A stretch of DNA of 64,000 nucleotides, taken from positions 50,470 through 114,469 of the forward strand of contig JAQGDQ010000677.1 of the NCBI GenBank assembly GCA_030141605.1, given 5' to 3'. The DNA comes from Tubiluchus corallicola (Eukaryota; Animalia; Priapulida). This document shows positions 21,644 to 34,523 of this stretch, in pieces (position 1 is the first letter of the stretch; each line of letters starts with the position of its first letter). A model generated the notes under the pieces. It was not told the DNA's origin, ran no database searches, and worked only from the letters and a program-made list of their open reading frames with translations. Made by a program: the position numbers and the translations under genes.

Positions 21644-24600
21644 GTTGTCCTTTGTCTGTTTGATAGCAGGCACACAAAGCTAATTAAATGTGTTCGAAGT
21701 TGTAAGTTTATTGTTGCATAGTTGCTGATTTAAGACACGTGTCGATACAGTACATACAAATACAATGCAAGCAGTACAAAGTGTTATAAGAACTTTCCAC
21801 AAAAACAGCTTATATACATGATTAATAAATCTAAGCAAACTGTTTCCCAGTTTTAGTAATAAACTATCACCATTTGTCATTTATGAGGTAGTTACATTTA
21901 AGAAAGCAATAGCATAATTATAACAATTTTACATATTATGTATATTTCAAAGAGTGGTATTTTCGACAAAACTTATGTACGGATGGACACTGACCAGTCG
22001 ACGCTGTTTAACATTTGGAGCCAAATGCCCATTTTGCCGCGTTCCTTATCCTAACTATAAACTCTTGCTGGACCCTCCCCACCCCCTTCCCGCTTGACTT
22101 CGAAAGTTAAGTTGTCCACCCGAAAATTTGCAAGTTAATTTTGTTTTATAAAAGCTTTAGACATGCCTTAATTAGATACTTCTTAAACAGTTGTACACCA
22201 ATTAAAACTTACAATGCAGTAATTAACTTTAAAACAATACAAGTTAGTACATAATCGCCATTATTCTACTGGACATTCTTTCAACGAACGTCAAAAGAAT
22301 TTAGTCTTTGTCTTTTTACAAACAGGTACAGTACACTTTCAAAACAAAACAGCGCATGCGTAGAGATGAAATCATATGCAGTACGCTATCGAGCAGTCAT
22401 TCACGCAGTATTAATAAACGGACTGAAGTTTAGTTATGAAAGCCGTCTTGCACCGTCTGAAACTATATTATATATAAATATACAAAAATATGACCAGATG
22501 TATAAGCTTACAATAATACTATTTACATCAGCTGTTTCATATCAATCGGCGGCAGTATTATTCATAAATAGGCCTATAACATGGTGCATTTAGCCTATGC
22601 ACAGTTGATATAATTAAGTCTGCGAGGCGTAATACAAAATTATTACAAATTTATTTTAGTCCTAGCCACAGTATGAGTTTCTGTTAATTTGCTTTACACA
22701 GTAGTGGTAGAATAACAACATTAAAAACATTATACATAAGTAAGAAATTTCAAATAGCTCAATGAAAACACTGAACACGTTTGTTCCTCGTTAATTAGTT
22801 ATGCTAATTGGTGATTATAGATAATTAGTTGAAGTTTTAACTAACTACTGTTTCGTGTGTGACATGAAGTAAAGTTCTAAAAAATATATTAAAGACATTT
22901 TACGATCCGTAATTTACGTGTTTGGATCCCAGTAGGCTTAAACTTAGTGGAAAACCCAATGATTGTATAGACATTTGTTCAAAATAAAATATACTTTAAA
23001 ATATTGAAAACTACGAGTCGCAGTCGACAAATGGGTGCGGTACCGCGATAAGCATGATCATGAACTGCAATGTTCGTTTCTGACATCAGTACGACGTAAA
23101 GCTCATTTAGGTGACATCACATCAGGCGAATTTTAGTAATTTGCTTACGCAAACGTGTTTGACGCGCAGGGAAAATGCCTACCCTTGTACAAACTGTGGT
23201 TAGTTTGTGAGGGTAAGCGATAGCCGTGTTCGGTTGCCGTTAATTAACTTTCCAAGGTAATTGTTCATAATTAGAAACAATTGCCAACTTTTATAGGCAA
23301 GAAAATGTAAATTTTGGACAGTAAATTAAAATGAGACTGAGTCTAAACAATCGCCCGGTCTTCCTTTAAATGTTTCATGGCAAAATCAATGAAAGATTTT
23401 ATCTATGATTATAGGTGCATGCATGCATGGTTACCGAAATTAAGATATTGGATATATATTATTTTTCAATGCCTACTACGTTTACCATTGTGCTTTAAAA
23501 TATTCGGAATTATCCCGTTGTAAACACGCGATTCCCAGACCAAACTGCATTAGGGATAGACGTTATTCTAACGCGTGGAAAATGGGACATTTCATCGTTT
23601 TTGTTGATTTATTCTTAGACGTTTTAAGGCAGTTTATGGTCTGCTGGTTTTCTTAAGCAATAAATTTTGCTTTAGTTCGTTCACTCAAAGAGTTGAGAAG
23701 CTTTGTGAAGTAAAAAATTCTTTCAAATAACACTTTAGCACCTTGCTGCGATGACGCACTGTAGCGTGCAATTTCCAAAAAAGCTAAATTCACCACGACA
23801 ATCCAAACTCAATTTTCCAATGACAAGCCGTAATTGTAAAAGCTAATTTCCGTTCTTAGCCATGTTCAAATTTACACCAACTGTTGGCAGTTGAAGAACA
23901 TAGAATTTATTTCATAGACGACGTGCATTCATGGAGAGCTGTTTTGTTCAACTGTCGTGCATTTGATAGAAAAAGATGACGTATTTTGCTATAAATAATA
24001 CATTTTTGAGAAATCGTGTGTAATGTCACCACGTGAAATGCCACGTAGACCAGCATTGTTGTTGACATCCAGAATAATAATAATCGAAATAATCAAGTCT
24101 ATACAAGAAAAAAGTTAATGGACATTTTAGCAAAGTTCCGGTCTTCAGACGGGAAAGTTATTTGATGAATATAATCCGTTAGTTTCTTACTGTTAGGCTA
24201 TAAGATTCTTACTTTCTCTAGGCTAAGAGACAAGACGTGTGATCATTTTAAATGTTAGAATCAGTCTAGGATATAAACCTTCATTATTATATATTAATTG
24301 AGCAAATTTCAGGTGTGTAGAATCACTTGCAATTAATAGAAATTTATACTGAAACCCGCATAAAGTGAATCACATTCAAGTAGCGCATATGGCAAGTGTA
24401 CTGCGCATGCGCAAATTTGCGTGTGATTTCAGACTAAAATAGACGCATTAAAAATATACTGTATATCACAGCAAGTGAATGAAACAGTGCTCTTCGTGGA
24501 ATTATAAATCCGCTGAAGTGAATAAGAGCATATTAACATGCAAGATTGTAATTTTTGCGATATTAAAAAGCGTGTTCTTGCTTTGCTTTAGTTTGCTGCA

Positions 24601-24967
24601 GTGTGTAGCAGAGTTAGAGGGTTGTATACAAACACGTACACGCCTCTTTCGAACTGTAGGCTTTGACGGTGCATCCAGCCAGTATTTCGTACGCAATGCG
24701 GCATGCTGCAACGACACCGCGGGCCCCCTTTTAAAAGGGAGTATTGCACCAAGTACCGTTAGTTTAAAAAACTGAAAAGTGTTGAACAAATTGAAATCTT
24801 TACTCCATGGCGGAGAAGCTAGAGACGGATAATCTCAAGTGATTTGTAGAACTTGCAATCAAAAATTATAGGAAGTTCTCTGCTGCCATCTATCAACGAT
24901 AATGGTAATCTTATTAGCAGGACATGATAAAAAATTGATTCACTGCAGCCATTTATCAATGCAACGG

Positions 24968-25191
24968 CTAACACTTAATGTTCATCATGGTTTTCGTTGA
25001 CTGAATTACCGATGGTTGTCTACATGTTGAGCAAAAACCGTTGACTATCAGACTGCAAGAACCAGCGAAGACGTTGCCACATTTGAAGCACTCTTCTTTC
25101 ATATCAGCATCGTGAGTCTTCATGTGTGACCTCAAGTTGCAAGCCAATGCGAATCTCTTCTGGCAGATTTGACACGCATGCGGTTTATCAC
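24968..25191 (-). CDS. PRDM-like zinc-finger gene, exon 8 (ZF6, CxxC-CxxC tail, stop)
   Basis: Acceptor tag|GT GAT AAA CCG; GDKPHACQICQKRFALACNLRSHMKTH...CFKC...CSTC...*; phase 1 matches exon 7. Confidence 0.92.
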
Positions 25192-25379
25192 CTATGAAAT
25201 TTTCATGAAAAAATACAGAAACGTAACTAAGTAGAAACCAAGCAATGACATAATGAAAAATTGTCAAATTTTACTATCATTATGAAGATCCTTATTGACT
25301 TGTCTTTTTTTTAAGACAGAGTCCTTATTGACTTATTCAGTAGTTGATCAGCCGTTTAGCCACTATTGCTAAAATTTAA

Positions 25380-25985
25380 AGAAGGCAGGATGATTTTTCA
25401 TATACTACCTCATTTTTAAATTCAATGAAAAGTATACCTTTTAACGTAATTAATACTGCAAAAGCGTTTCTGGTAAATAAATAATAGATTAAAAACTTAA
25501 TTAATGGCGGGCGAGGCCAAATATTGATGACATCACAAACGAACACAATTTTCAACAACAAAAAAATTCCACGAGCGTATTAAAGCAAAAATTGAAGTGC
25601 AGTGCTACTGCAAGATATTCAGTGTGTTGTACTAAAACTAGGCAAGTTTCAAGATAAAAATTCAAATTTAAAATTTACCGCTGTGTTCACTCATGAGCTG
25701 TCGAAGGTGTACAGTCCGTCACAAACTGTACCTAACTGAACTGAGAGGTACAGCACCTGTTTTTATGCATTGCGTTTACGAAATGCAGGCGCTAGTGTCC
25801 GTCTAACTACAGAATGGTGAAATGCATGTAACAGCAAAGAACTAGTGGCGTGAACGTGAAATTGTCTTTGTGTGGTAATAATTCTTTCACGTAAGTTATT
25901 TTTGAAAAAAACAGTACGTTTCCTTTCAATATTTTGAAGAGTAGATTGCTCTGACCTACAGTTTAAGATTGGATCCGGTTTTGTT
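25380..25985. mobile_element. Kolobok-type MITE family K2, copy in intron 7
   Basis: TTAA-flanked, AG start; collinear homologue at 28498-29065. Confidence 0.7.
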
Positions 25986-26026
25986 TTAACAAGGGTTGGT
26001 TAGATAGAACTCCGCAATGCGAACGC

Positions 26027-26415
26027 TAAGGATGAGAATTCTCTACCAGAAAGCGAATTCGAATCCAATCGATATTGTGACTTTTAAATTCAATTCATTT
26101 CAACACTTTCGAATCCGAAACTTTTAAACTTTTTCGAATAAATTTTGGAATTGCATATTAAAAGTGGTCTCACAAATATCGTGCATATTGCTCGACTCTG
26201 CTCAACAGTAAAAACACTAATGATTTGTTTAAAAATTTTGCACAGAAATCTCAACAAAATTGTGAAGATTGCATAATGTTTCAAATGTTTTAATGATAAA
26301 GAATGCATTTAGTTAAACTGCTGAATTATTCAAATCTATAATTTTAGGTTCGAATCGAATTCGAGCTAAAAAAAACTGGTTCGAATCGAATTCGAATGTT
26401 CGATGCTCACCCCTA
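26027..26415. mobile_element. Degenerate hAT (Ac-like) MITE
   Basis: TAAGGATGAG...CTCACCCCTA termini, repeated TTCGAATCGAATTCGA motifs, decayed 8-bp TSD (gcgaacgc / gtgaacaa). Confidence 0.55.
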
Positions 26416-26863
26416 GTGAACAATAGTAAGAACAATCCAATGTAAAACAGTCCAAACAAATCGTTTCTCGTCCTACTGTTCTACTGTCCATATAAAACAG
26501 CATTCATAAAATCCTAAAAACTTAAATTAGAGTTCGACACTATACCTGAACTTTAGCTCAAAAAAAAGTCCAGTAGCAATCGTCTTTGTTGTTATTTGAA
26601 CGTTTATTGGGCGTTTTTTTAAATCAGCTTGTCTGTTTACTTACCCGTCTGTTATTTGCGTTTGTTAGTTCGTCGGTTCGTCGGTTGATAGTACGTTTGT
26701 TTCATTTTTCTGCACGATTTTTACCGATATTACAACTGATGTGAATTGAAATTACTTCAAATATTTCAAAACGTGAACCTGACATATCGTTTTTATCGCG
26801 ACATTCATGTCTTTTATAAAAAAAAATGGGTCACTTCTCTTCGCTGGTTGAGGCTTGACTTAC

Positions 26864-27029
26864 CTGTGTGCAAAAATAAATGATTCTTCAAATTCGTTTG
26901 TTTGCTAAAGCCACGGTTGCACACGTGACATTTGAAAGGCCATGATCCGTTGTGCACGTACATATGAGATTTCAAATCACCAGGTGTTGGAAAGGATTTA
27001 GAACACATTGTACATTTGTGTGGTTTTTC
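26864..27029 (-). CDS. PRDM-like gene, exon 7 (ZF4-ZF5)
   Basis: cag|GAA AAA CCA CAC...CAC ACA G|gtaagt; EKPHKCTMCSKSFPTPGDLKSHMYVHNGSWPFKCHVCNRGFSKQTNLKNHLFLHT. Confidence 0.95.
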
Positions 27030-27049
27030 CTGAAAGAAAAAATATATAA

Positions 27050-27785
27050 AACTTTAATTCTACCAAACTTCTTATATGGATGTACGCTACTTCAAAAAAA
27101 CCAAAAGAGAAAATTACTTAAAATTAAATCTCCTTCCAAACTACGCATTGAGATTGATAGCTGGGTACTCATACAAACACAGGGCAGGTAGACAAAAATT
27201 CAAAGCTTCAACAACTAACCTGGGAAAAACTTTAAAATTCCCAATCATTGAAGCACACAAAGAATATTTTACTCTGCTTTTTATATTTAAATACATTAAC
27301 AGCATCAGCAAACCATTCCAGAATAACAGATTTACCTTTTTTCCAAGTAATCTAAAACAAATTAGGACAAATACCCACTATGGAACGAATTCTGTAATCA
27401 AACAAGCAATTCTACTTTGGAGTTCTCTACAATTACAGGTTAAACAAATCAAGTCCCTATCAGCATTTAAAACAAAATTAAAATCACTAATATTAACCAG
27501 ATATGAAATACCATCACACCAGTACGACAACATACACACTAATTCAGAATTCATATATCCACGGCCATATTAATTAAATAATAATTTTTTCATTTTTTTG
27601 TGCATAGTTGTAAATACGTTTGATTTTATTCGTCGTTACTTTCCATTACTGCACAGTAGTTCAGATTTGCACTGACGCATTTGCCTTTAGCAGTGTAAGT
27701 TTTTATTAACTAACACTGATTGATCATCTCTGTAAAGTTTTTATCAGTGATTATCAATGTATTTTAATGGCAAATAAAGATTCTA
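27050..27785 (+). mobile_element. 5'-truncated CR1/L2-group LINE (ORF2 C-terminus and 3' UTR)
   Basis: ORF 27076-27573 ends YGTNSVIKQAILLWSSL..VKQIKSLSAFKTKLK, typical of this group's ORF2 end; the 3' UTR ends ggcaaataaagatt; shorter copy at 48200-48460 and a relative at about 33690-33960. Confidence 0.75.
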
Positions 27786-28261
27786 TATGTATGTGTGTGT
27801 GTGTGTGTGTGTGTATGTGTGTGTGTGTGTGTGCGTGCGTGCGTGCGCGCGCGCGTATGTATGTTCTCCACGTTTATCTAACTATAATGCCAACAGTCTA
27901 GAATGTGATCATACCACATGAACTTTAGTGTAGACCCAATTATTAGTAAACAATGCACAATAAAAAGGACATAAATACTTATTGGCCAAATACTACCATT
28001 GCGCAACATTGTCTTTGCCAAGAAATTGCACAGTGGTCAACAGTACAACAGTGGACAGTGGTCATCATAAAATCGTGTTTTGCAACAATTCTCTCATCGT
28101 AAACTGTGATTTACTTATTTCTGTAAACACTATTTACTTCAAGTAAAAGGTGAGCGTTCTAGTGGGCAGGCTTTGTCTTCCGTTAAGTGCCGGACGGCTT
28201 GTTTAGAGCGAACGTACATCTAGCTGAATAAATATGAATTGAGTTGAAAGTACTCACGCAC

Positions 28262-28431
28262 CTTTTCATGCGTCATCCGGTGGTAGTAGAGATTGGAAGA
28301 AGCTGTGAATCGTTTGCCGCACACCTGACATTGATGAGGTTTCTCTCCCGAGTGAATTCTACGATGAGTGTTCAGAGAGCTAGACGTACTGAATCCTTTA
28401 CCACAGACATCACAAACGTGCGGTTTTTCAC
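28262..28431 (-). CDS. PRDM-like gene, exon 6 (ZF2-ZF3)
   Basis: cag|GT GAA AAA CCG...GAA AAG|gtgcgt; [57 protein letters not shown]. Confidence 0.95.
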
Positions 28432-28497
28432 CTGCAAACCAAAAACTTGTTAACATCTCGTAAGTTTATTAAATTCAAATGCATTTAATATAGTTAA

Positions 28498-29065
28498 AGG
28501 AAGACAGGATGATTTTTCACATAGTATCCCATTTTCAAGTCCGATAAAGGTATACATGTTATCATAATTAATATTGCAAAAATCTTTCTGATAATTAAAT
28601 AATAGATTAAAAATTTAATTAACGGCTGGCGAGCCCAACTATTGATGACATCACAAACTAACATAATTTTCAGCAGCACAAATATTCCACGAGCGTGTTG
28701 CATGTGTTTGTGAAAGAGAAAATTGAAGTACAGTGCTACTGTAAGATATTCAGTGTGTTGTACTAAAACTATGTAAGTTTTGAGGTAAATATTCAAATTT
28801 CAAATTTACCAGTCTGATCACGCATGAGCTGTCAAATGTGTGTAGTTGGTCACAAACTAACACATCTGAACTGAGAGGTACAGCGCCTGTTTTTGTGCAA
28901 TGCGTTATACAGTGAAGAACTAGTGACGCGAACGTGAAACTGCGTTTGTGCGGTAATAATTATTTCAAGTAAGTCATTTTTGAAAAACATAGTATGTTTC
29001 CTTTCAATATTTTAAAGAGTAGATTATGTTAACCTACAGCTTAAGATTGGGTCCGGCTTTTGCTT
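28498..29065. mobile_element. Kolobok-type MITE family K2, copy in intron 5
   Basis: TTAA-AGGAAGACAGGAT start, TTAA at the far end; homologous to 25380-25985. Confidence 0.7.
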
Positions 29066-30105
29066 TTAATTTTGTGTTGAAATTGTGGAACGAAAATGAT
29101 GGAGATTTAGTAAAGAGAAAACTAGCGATGAAGAGCGGCAGTCAACAGAAGAAATGTGAAAATGATGCTGACACAGCAATGATGTGAAACGCTTGACCAC
29201 CTAAAAATAATTTGGGAACCAAATGATCGTAGCTACGGGACGTGCCCATACAAATGATACGACATTCTAAAACCTATATAAATCTATAGCATAAAATAGC
29301 ATTAATATTTATTAAAGTTTAACGTTCGGTATTCGGCAGACCGTTAATGATTGTAAACGTTTATCTGTGGTAACTTATGTTGCTCTAACGTATTAGACTG
29401 TACATGCATGAATTTTATACCAAGGTACAGGGCTAATTAAAAAAATATCTATGATTCACCACAAACTTCTGCGGTAATTGGCGTTTTTTCAGTAACGTGC
29501 AGTACATTGATATAACACACGTATCCTTGAGTGAAATAACTGAGTCTTTTTGCAATGATTTGCTTGACAATTGACGTCAAACATATTGGTCTATCGCTCC
29601 GCCCCCGCTGTGACGTAAGCACGCTCAGCGGCATTCGGGTAACAGCTCACACAGGACAACAACTGTCTAAGCTAAACGAAACTAAACTAAACAACATGAC
29701 AGTCACAACTAATGTCTAATCAGCAGATAAACTGATTGGTCTTTTCCATAAACACAAATTTACAGAGCCGAAGCTATTTTAACACGAAATTAAGACGTCG
29801 AGTAGCCAAAAAATGACTTTTCAATTTAAACAGAATGTAGAGACGAAGTTTTAAAGCACTACAAAATTCAGAGACATGAGTATAATAAAGAAACTAAGCC
29901 AGTTAGTGTAGCTTTACAATAAATGAGCAACAAAAATATTAACTCTGACTGTGAAAATCTCATTGAGGTTTATAAAAACTGGCAAGAAAAGAAAACGTTT
30001 TGTTTTGCCCTTATTTAAAGTTAATCAAATAGTTGTTTTTATGTAACTTGCAATGCCATAAACTAAACTAAACTGCGTATTTCCTTGATTGCAAGTTGGT
30101 TTAAT

Positions 30106-30390
30106 CAGCAACTCATAGACGTAAGCCTTGTGCATTTCTTCCTAAAAACGAAACTGGACTATATACTTCCACTAATTCACTTACAATTTCAATAGACAAT
30201 GATGAAATCTAGACCCAGGCCAATATTTCTCCCCCTAACTAATCAAAATGCAAGCATTTTTCGATAACAGTGTTAGACGCAGCTGTAGCTAAATGTCCCC
30301 AACCTACCTGCTGCAGGGGTGTGTGAAATAACTTGCACGCTGATTGGGCAGTCAACGAAAATGATTGACATTGTGTTAGACGTCAATTTC
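30106..30390 (+). repeat. Unclassified interspersed repeat, copy 2
   Basis: Homologous to 1228-1512. Confidence 0.8.
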
Positions 30391-30863
30391 TTGTTGTCCG
30401 GTAAATACATTTCGTATTGCAACTGTTTCAGCAAGCAAGAATTTGTGAGGTCGCACCGCCTCTGGTAAATCCCGCCTCCAGTAGATCATTTGGTCACAGA
30501 TTAACGAAATTTGACTTTTAAACACTTATGTATTTTTACAGAGACAAGTAAATTGTAATTTTACTCTTTGTATCTCTCCTGTTTCCATTTTAACTTGTCT
30601 TATTTATTATTGTACATCTTTTATTGTTTTATAGAGTCCATTTTTGTCGTATTGATGAACACTTTAAGAAATAAATACAAAAATAAATAAATAAAAAATA
30701 AAAAATTGGTCGGCATTGTCTGAGACAGAAACTAAAATGTGGCAATTAGCACAATTTTGCATCAGTCACGCATGAGTAAACCGCACTGGCCAGGCATAGT
30801 CAGATGATTTGAATCTGAATCCATTCATTGTTGTCTTTAATACAAAATATAACTAGTTCATAC

Positions 30864-30981
30864 CTGTGTGTGTCCTCATGTGTCTGTGAAGCAATGATGG
30901 TCGATCAAACTCCTTTCCACAAACTTTACAAGGCAGCATGTTCCTCTTTTTCCTCTTCTGTTCCACGGGTTTTTGTTGGGG
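30864..30981 (-). CDS. PRDM-like gene, exon 5 (NLS and ZF1); absent from the ORF track
   Basis: tttag|CCC CAA...ACA G|gtatga; PQQKPVEQKRKKRNMLPCKVCGKEFDRPSLLHRHMRTHT; phases 0/1 fit its neighbours. Confidence 0.92.
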
Positions 30982-31357
30982 CTAAACAAATACAAACAGT
31001 AAAATGTTTCTTGGTAAGAGTTGAGGAACTAGATAGTGAATTAGTATGGAAAGTGGAAAATTACCTAAAATGCACTACGACTTTCCTGTATAAAATGTTG
31101 CAACAACTTCTAATTTTGATTGTTTTAATTGTTATGCAGTTCTAAAACTTGTACACGTTACATTGTATTTTGTTTGTATGTATAAATGTGTTGCAATGTT
31201 AGAAATTTGTAAGTGTTAAAATTAAGTAAAAATTAATTAGTGATTGAAGATTTTAAAGTAGATTTAGTAGACACTATTGCTTTCATCAGTTCTCTGACTG
31301 TTTCATGTAAGTGTATTTTGTACAGTACAGTTTGTGTGCATTAATTGCAATAAAGAA

Positions 31358-31463
<106 letters not shown>

Positions 31464-31865
31464 GGTAAAGCAAAACCGTCTGCAGCGTCTGTTCATTAAC
31501 ATTGGTTGTTTTACGTGGATTTTAATTAACTATGCATTAGTCTGTGCATAGAGTGATTTACTAGCAAGATCTAGCTTGTAAAAAGAAAAAAAATGAGCTA
31601 GCTAATATTTTAACTGGTTGTTAAAACTGTTGCTATTACAATAGCGGGAGCTGCGAGGCGTTGTCAAGTGTACACAAATGCGTTGTCTGGTATACTTAAT
31701 CTTTGACCTTTCCGCGATCGCCATCAATCGCTGGTACTGTGAAAAGGCTTATTCTAGCTTGTAATGTGCAGAAGTGCATTAAAAATGTGAATACGATCAA
31801 TCATTGCACGGTTACATTCCATACAGAATACAGGAAAAGGATACTTCTGTATGCTTCTGAGACAC

Positions 31866-32056
31866 AGCGCTATTACATGCTATTACCTAAAAAGTTACAC
31901 TCAAGTTTGCGCATGCGCTTTTACATGCTATTACATAAAAAGTTACACTCAAGTTTGCGCATGCGCTTTTACATGCTATTACATAAAAAGTTACACTCAA
32001 GTTTGCGCATGCGCTTTTACATGCTATTACATAAAAAGTTACACTCAAGTTTGCAT
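31866..32056. repeat. 48-bp tandem repeat, about 4 copies
   Basis: Unit TTGCGCATGCGCTTTTACATGCTATTACATAAAAAGTTACACTCAAGT. Confidence 0.93.
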
Positions 32057-32791
32057 GATAATAAGTTTTTACTTTTGCGACAGTTGAAAATTTTACTCAA
32101 TCATCAAAACCTGTTTTTGATTTGATCGATCGTAAAAGGTGAATTATGTGGCGCGGAAGCTAAACATAATCTTAACCCTATCATTACGAAACCGATAAAT
32201 CATACGACGGCATAATTTAAAAATTTAATTTGGACTTGTAGCGTCGTAAAGTGTTATTATTAATGAGACCTTTAATATTTCGATCGCTTAATAGTGTTCA
32301 AGTTTGAGTTTGTTACCCTTTTTTAATCATTTCACAGTGCAAGTCTGTGTCAGGTTTTCACACCGAAATGAACAGGAACACAATGTCATATTGCAAGCGG
32401 AACACTTTGTAGAAAATTTACTATCATTTCATTCTCTAAATGTATTTTACTGTCGTCTACCTTTGCTGATCTAAAATTGCCGTGTATTTGAACTCGTGAT
32501 AATTGTCTAGAAAATTGTAAAAGGGAAAATTTTGCAAAAATTTATCGTTGCAAAAATGTTACATTTACAGTTATACGTCACTGCCCTGATTGGTCACTCG
32601 TAAGGCTGATTCAAAAACTGATTTGAACACGTGTTTTTTTAATAAACTGTAACAGGTTTTCGATAGAGACTTATTTACGCTGAAAATTCTCACCCGTCAC
32701 TGTCATTCAAACACAAACAGTTACGCAAGTCTTACTTGTACACACTAACAGAACGAGTACTATAGTTTTCAACGTAAATAAAGATTCGGAC

Positions 32792-33146
32792 GGAGTTTAC
32801 AAATTCCCCGCACAGTTTAAATGCCCTAAACCTAACATAGCCCTAACCGTAACCCTAATCCAACCCTAACCCTAGTAATAATCCTAAAGCTAACCCTAAT
32901 CCTGCCCTAACCCTAGCCGTAACCCTAATCCAACCCAAACCCTAGTAATAATCCTAAAGCTAACCCTAATCCTGCCCTAACCCTAACCGTAATCCCAAAT
33001 CTAACCTTAACCGTAACCCCAAATCTAACCCTAACCGTAACACTAATCCGACCCTAACCCCAGTAATTATCCTAAAGCTAACCCTAATCCTAATCAACTT
33101 CACGAACTAATTTCTTGTGTGTGGGGAATTGTAAATTTTAGCCAAA
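32792..33146 (-). mobile_element. IR-bounded element with telomere-like core, medium copy (inverted)
   Basis: GGAGTTTACAAATTCCCC...(CCCTAA variants)...GTGGGGAATTGTAAATTTTAGCCAAA. Confidence 0.8.
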
Positions 33147-33382
33147 GTTTCACTCAAATTGTGACTGATCACTGTAGTTCAAGAACTGTATTAGTAAATC
33201 TCGTCACTCTCACTCGTCCACACTGTCAGCTTGGATCGCATAATTCATGCCTAATTATCAACATACGATCGGTTGCAGAAATGCATGTGCTTCCAATGAA
33301 AGGTATGATATACAGCATAAAGAAGTAGTTCAATTTTCCCGAATGAAAACATTATAATTGTCAGAAATTTTGAAAAGCATAC

Positions 33383-33549
33383 CTGCGGTTTAAACGCCCT
33401 CGGTGAGCCTATATTAACACTGTCTGACGAGTGCTCACTACCGGTGGGAGACTTCTGACTTGAAGCATCTTCTCCATCCGAGGGAGGGGTGACTAGTCCA
33501 CGACTAAATGGAAGAGGGAAGTCCGAAACGGGCGGCTGCTGCGTGGGAA
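33383..33549 (-). CDS. PRDM-like gene, exon 4 (Pro/Ser-rich linker); absent from the ORF track
   Basis: tttcag|TT CCC ACG...CCG CAG|gtatgc; open frame FPTQQPPVSDFPLPF...SPRAFKPQ bridges the phase 1 end of exon 3 to the phase 0 start of exon 5. Confidence 0.82.
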
Positions 33550-34523
33550 CTGAAATAAAACAATTTTATAGGTGATGATGAATTCGATTATATGATTAAT
33601 TAATGTTAATTACATGTCTGATTATACTTCATAAACTCACTTTCATTATATTACAGTCAAGTTGTAAAAACTTTCTTACTTTTTCTGATCCTAATTAGAA
33701 CGAACAATCAATATGGAAAGAATTCCCTTACTAAGCAAGCAATACAACTTTGCAATTCATTACCGACATCACTAAAACACAGCAGCTCTTTATCAATATT
33801 CAAGTCTAAATTAAAAAAACATTTAATGGCTCGTTTTGAATATCCGACATACGAACACGATGATACTTACTCAAATCATAATTTCATTTTTCCTAGACCT
33901 TACTAAACTAGTTTATATTTTATTTTTTGAATTTCTAGTTGCACTTATAGTTTAGCTTGACCCAGACGCATTTGCCCAGAACAGTGTACGTTTTTTATAT
34001 GAACTAACACTGATTGTCTGTCTTTTAATATGATAGTCAATGTTTTTAAAATGGCAAGTAAAGATTTTACTACTACTACTAATAATAATAATAATAATTA
34101 CGTTTGAATTAATTACGCATTTCGCGTTTGCATTTCGTCTACAAAGAACGTAATAATTACTGCTAATGTTCGAAAAACAGTAACATATTATGCAAATAAC
34201 CCGTTTCATTACACTCACATGCTGTACACTTTATGTTTGCTCACTGATTGACTCATTTGGTTCTGTTGGTTGATTGGTCGGTCATTTGTTTGCCTAGTCG
34301 GTCGGTCGGTCGGTCAGTCAATTGATTCACTCGTCCATTGGTTTACTTGCTTAACAAATATGTGATAGACACATGACAGAAAACAATACAACAACACAAA
34401 AAATACAACAACCCAACGTAATTCAATTAATGAACAAACACCAATTTCTAATTAGATTTTTAAAGTGGTATTAATTTGATTTTTTTAATTGTTAACATAA
34501 TTTTCAAAGATAATACTACTCAC

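Noticed and set aside
30982-31064. Upstream acceptor (ttttag|GTA at 31064) for exon 5
   Set aside because: It gives stops in all three frames; the acceptor at 30981 keeps the frame.
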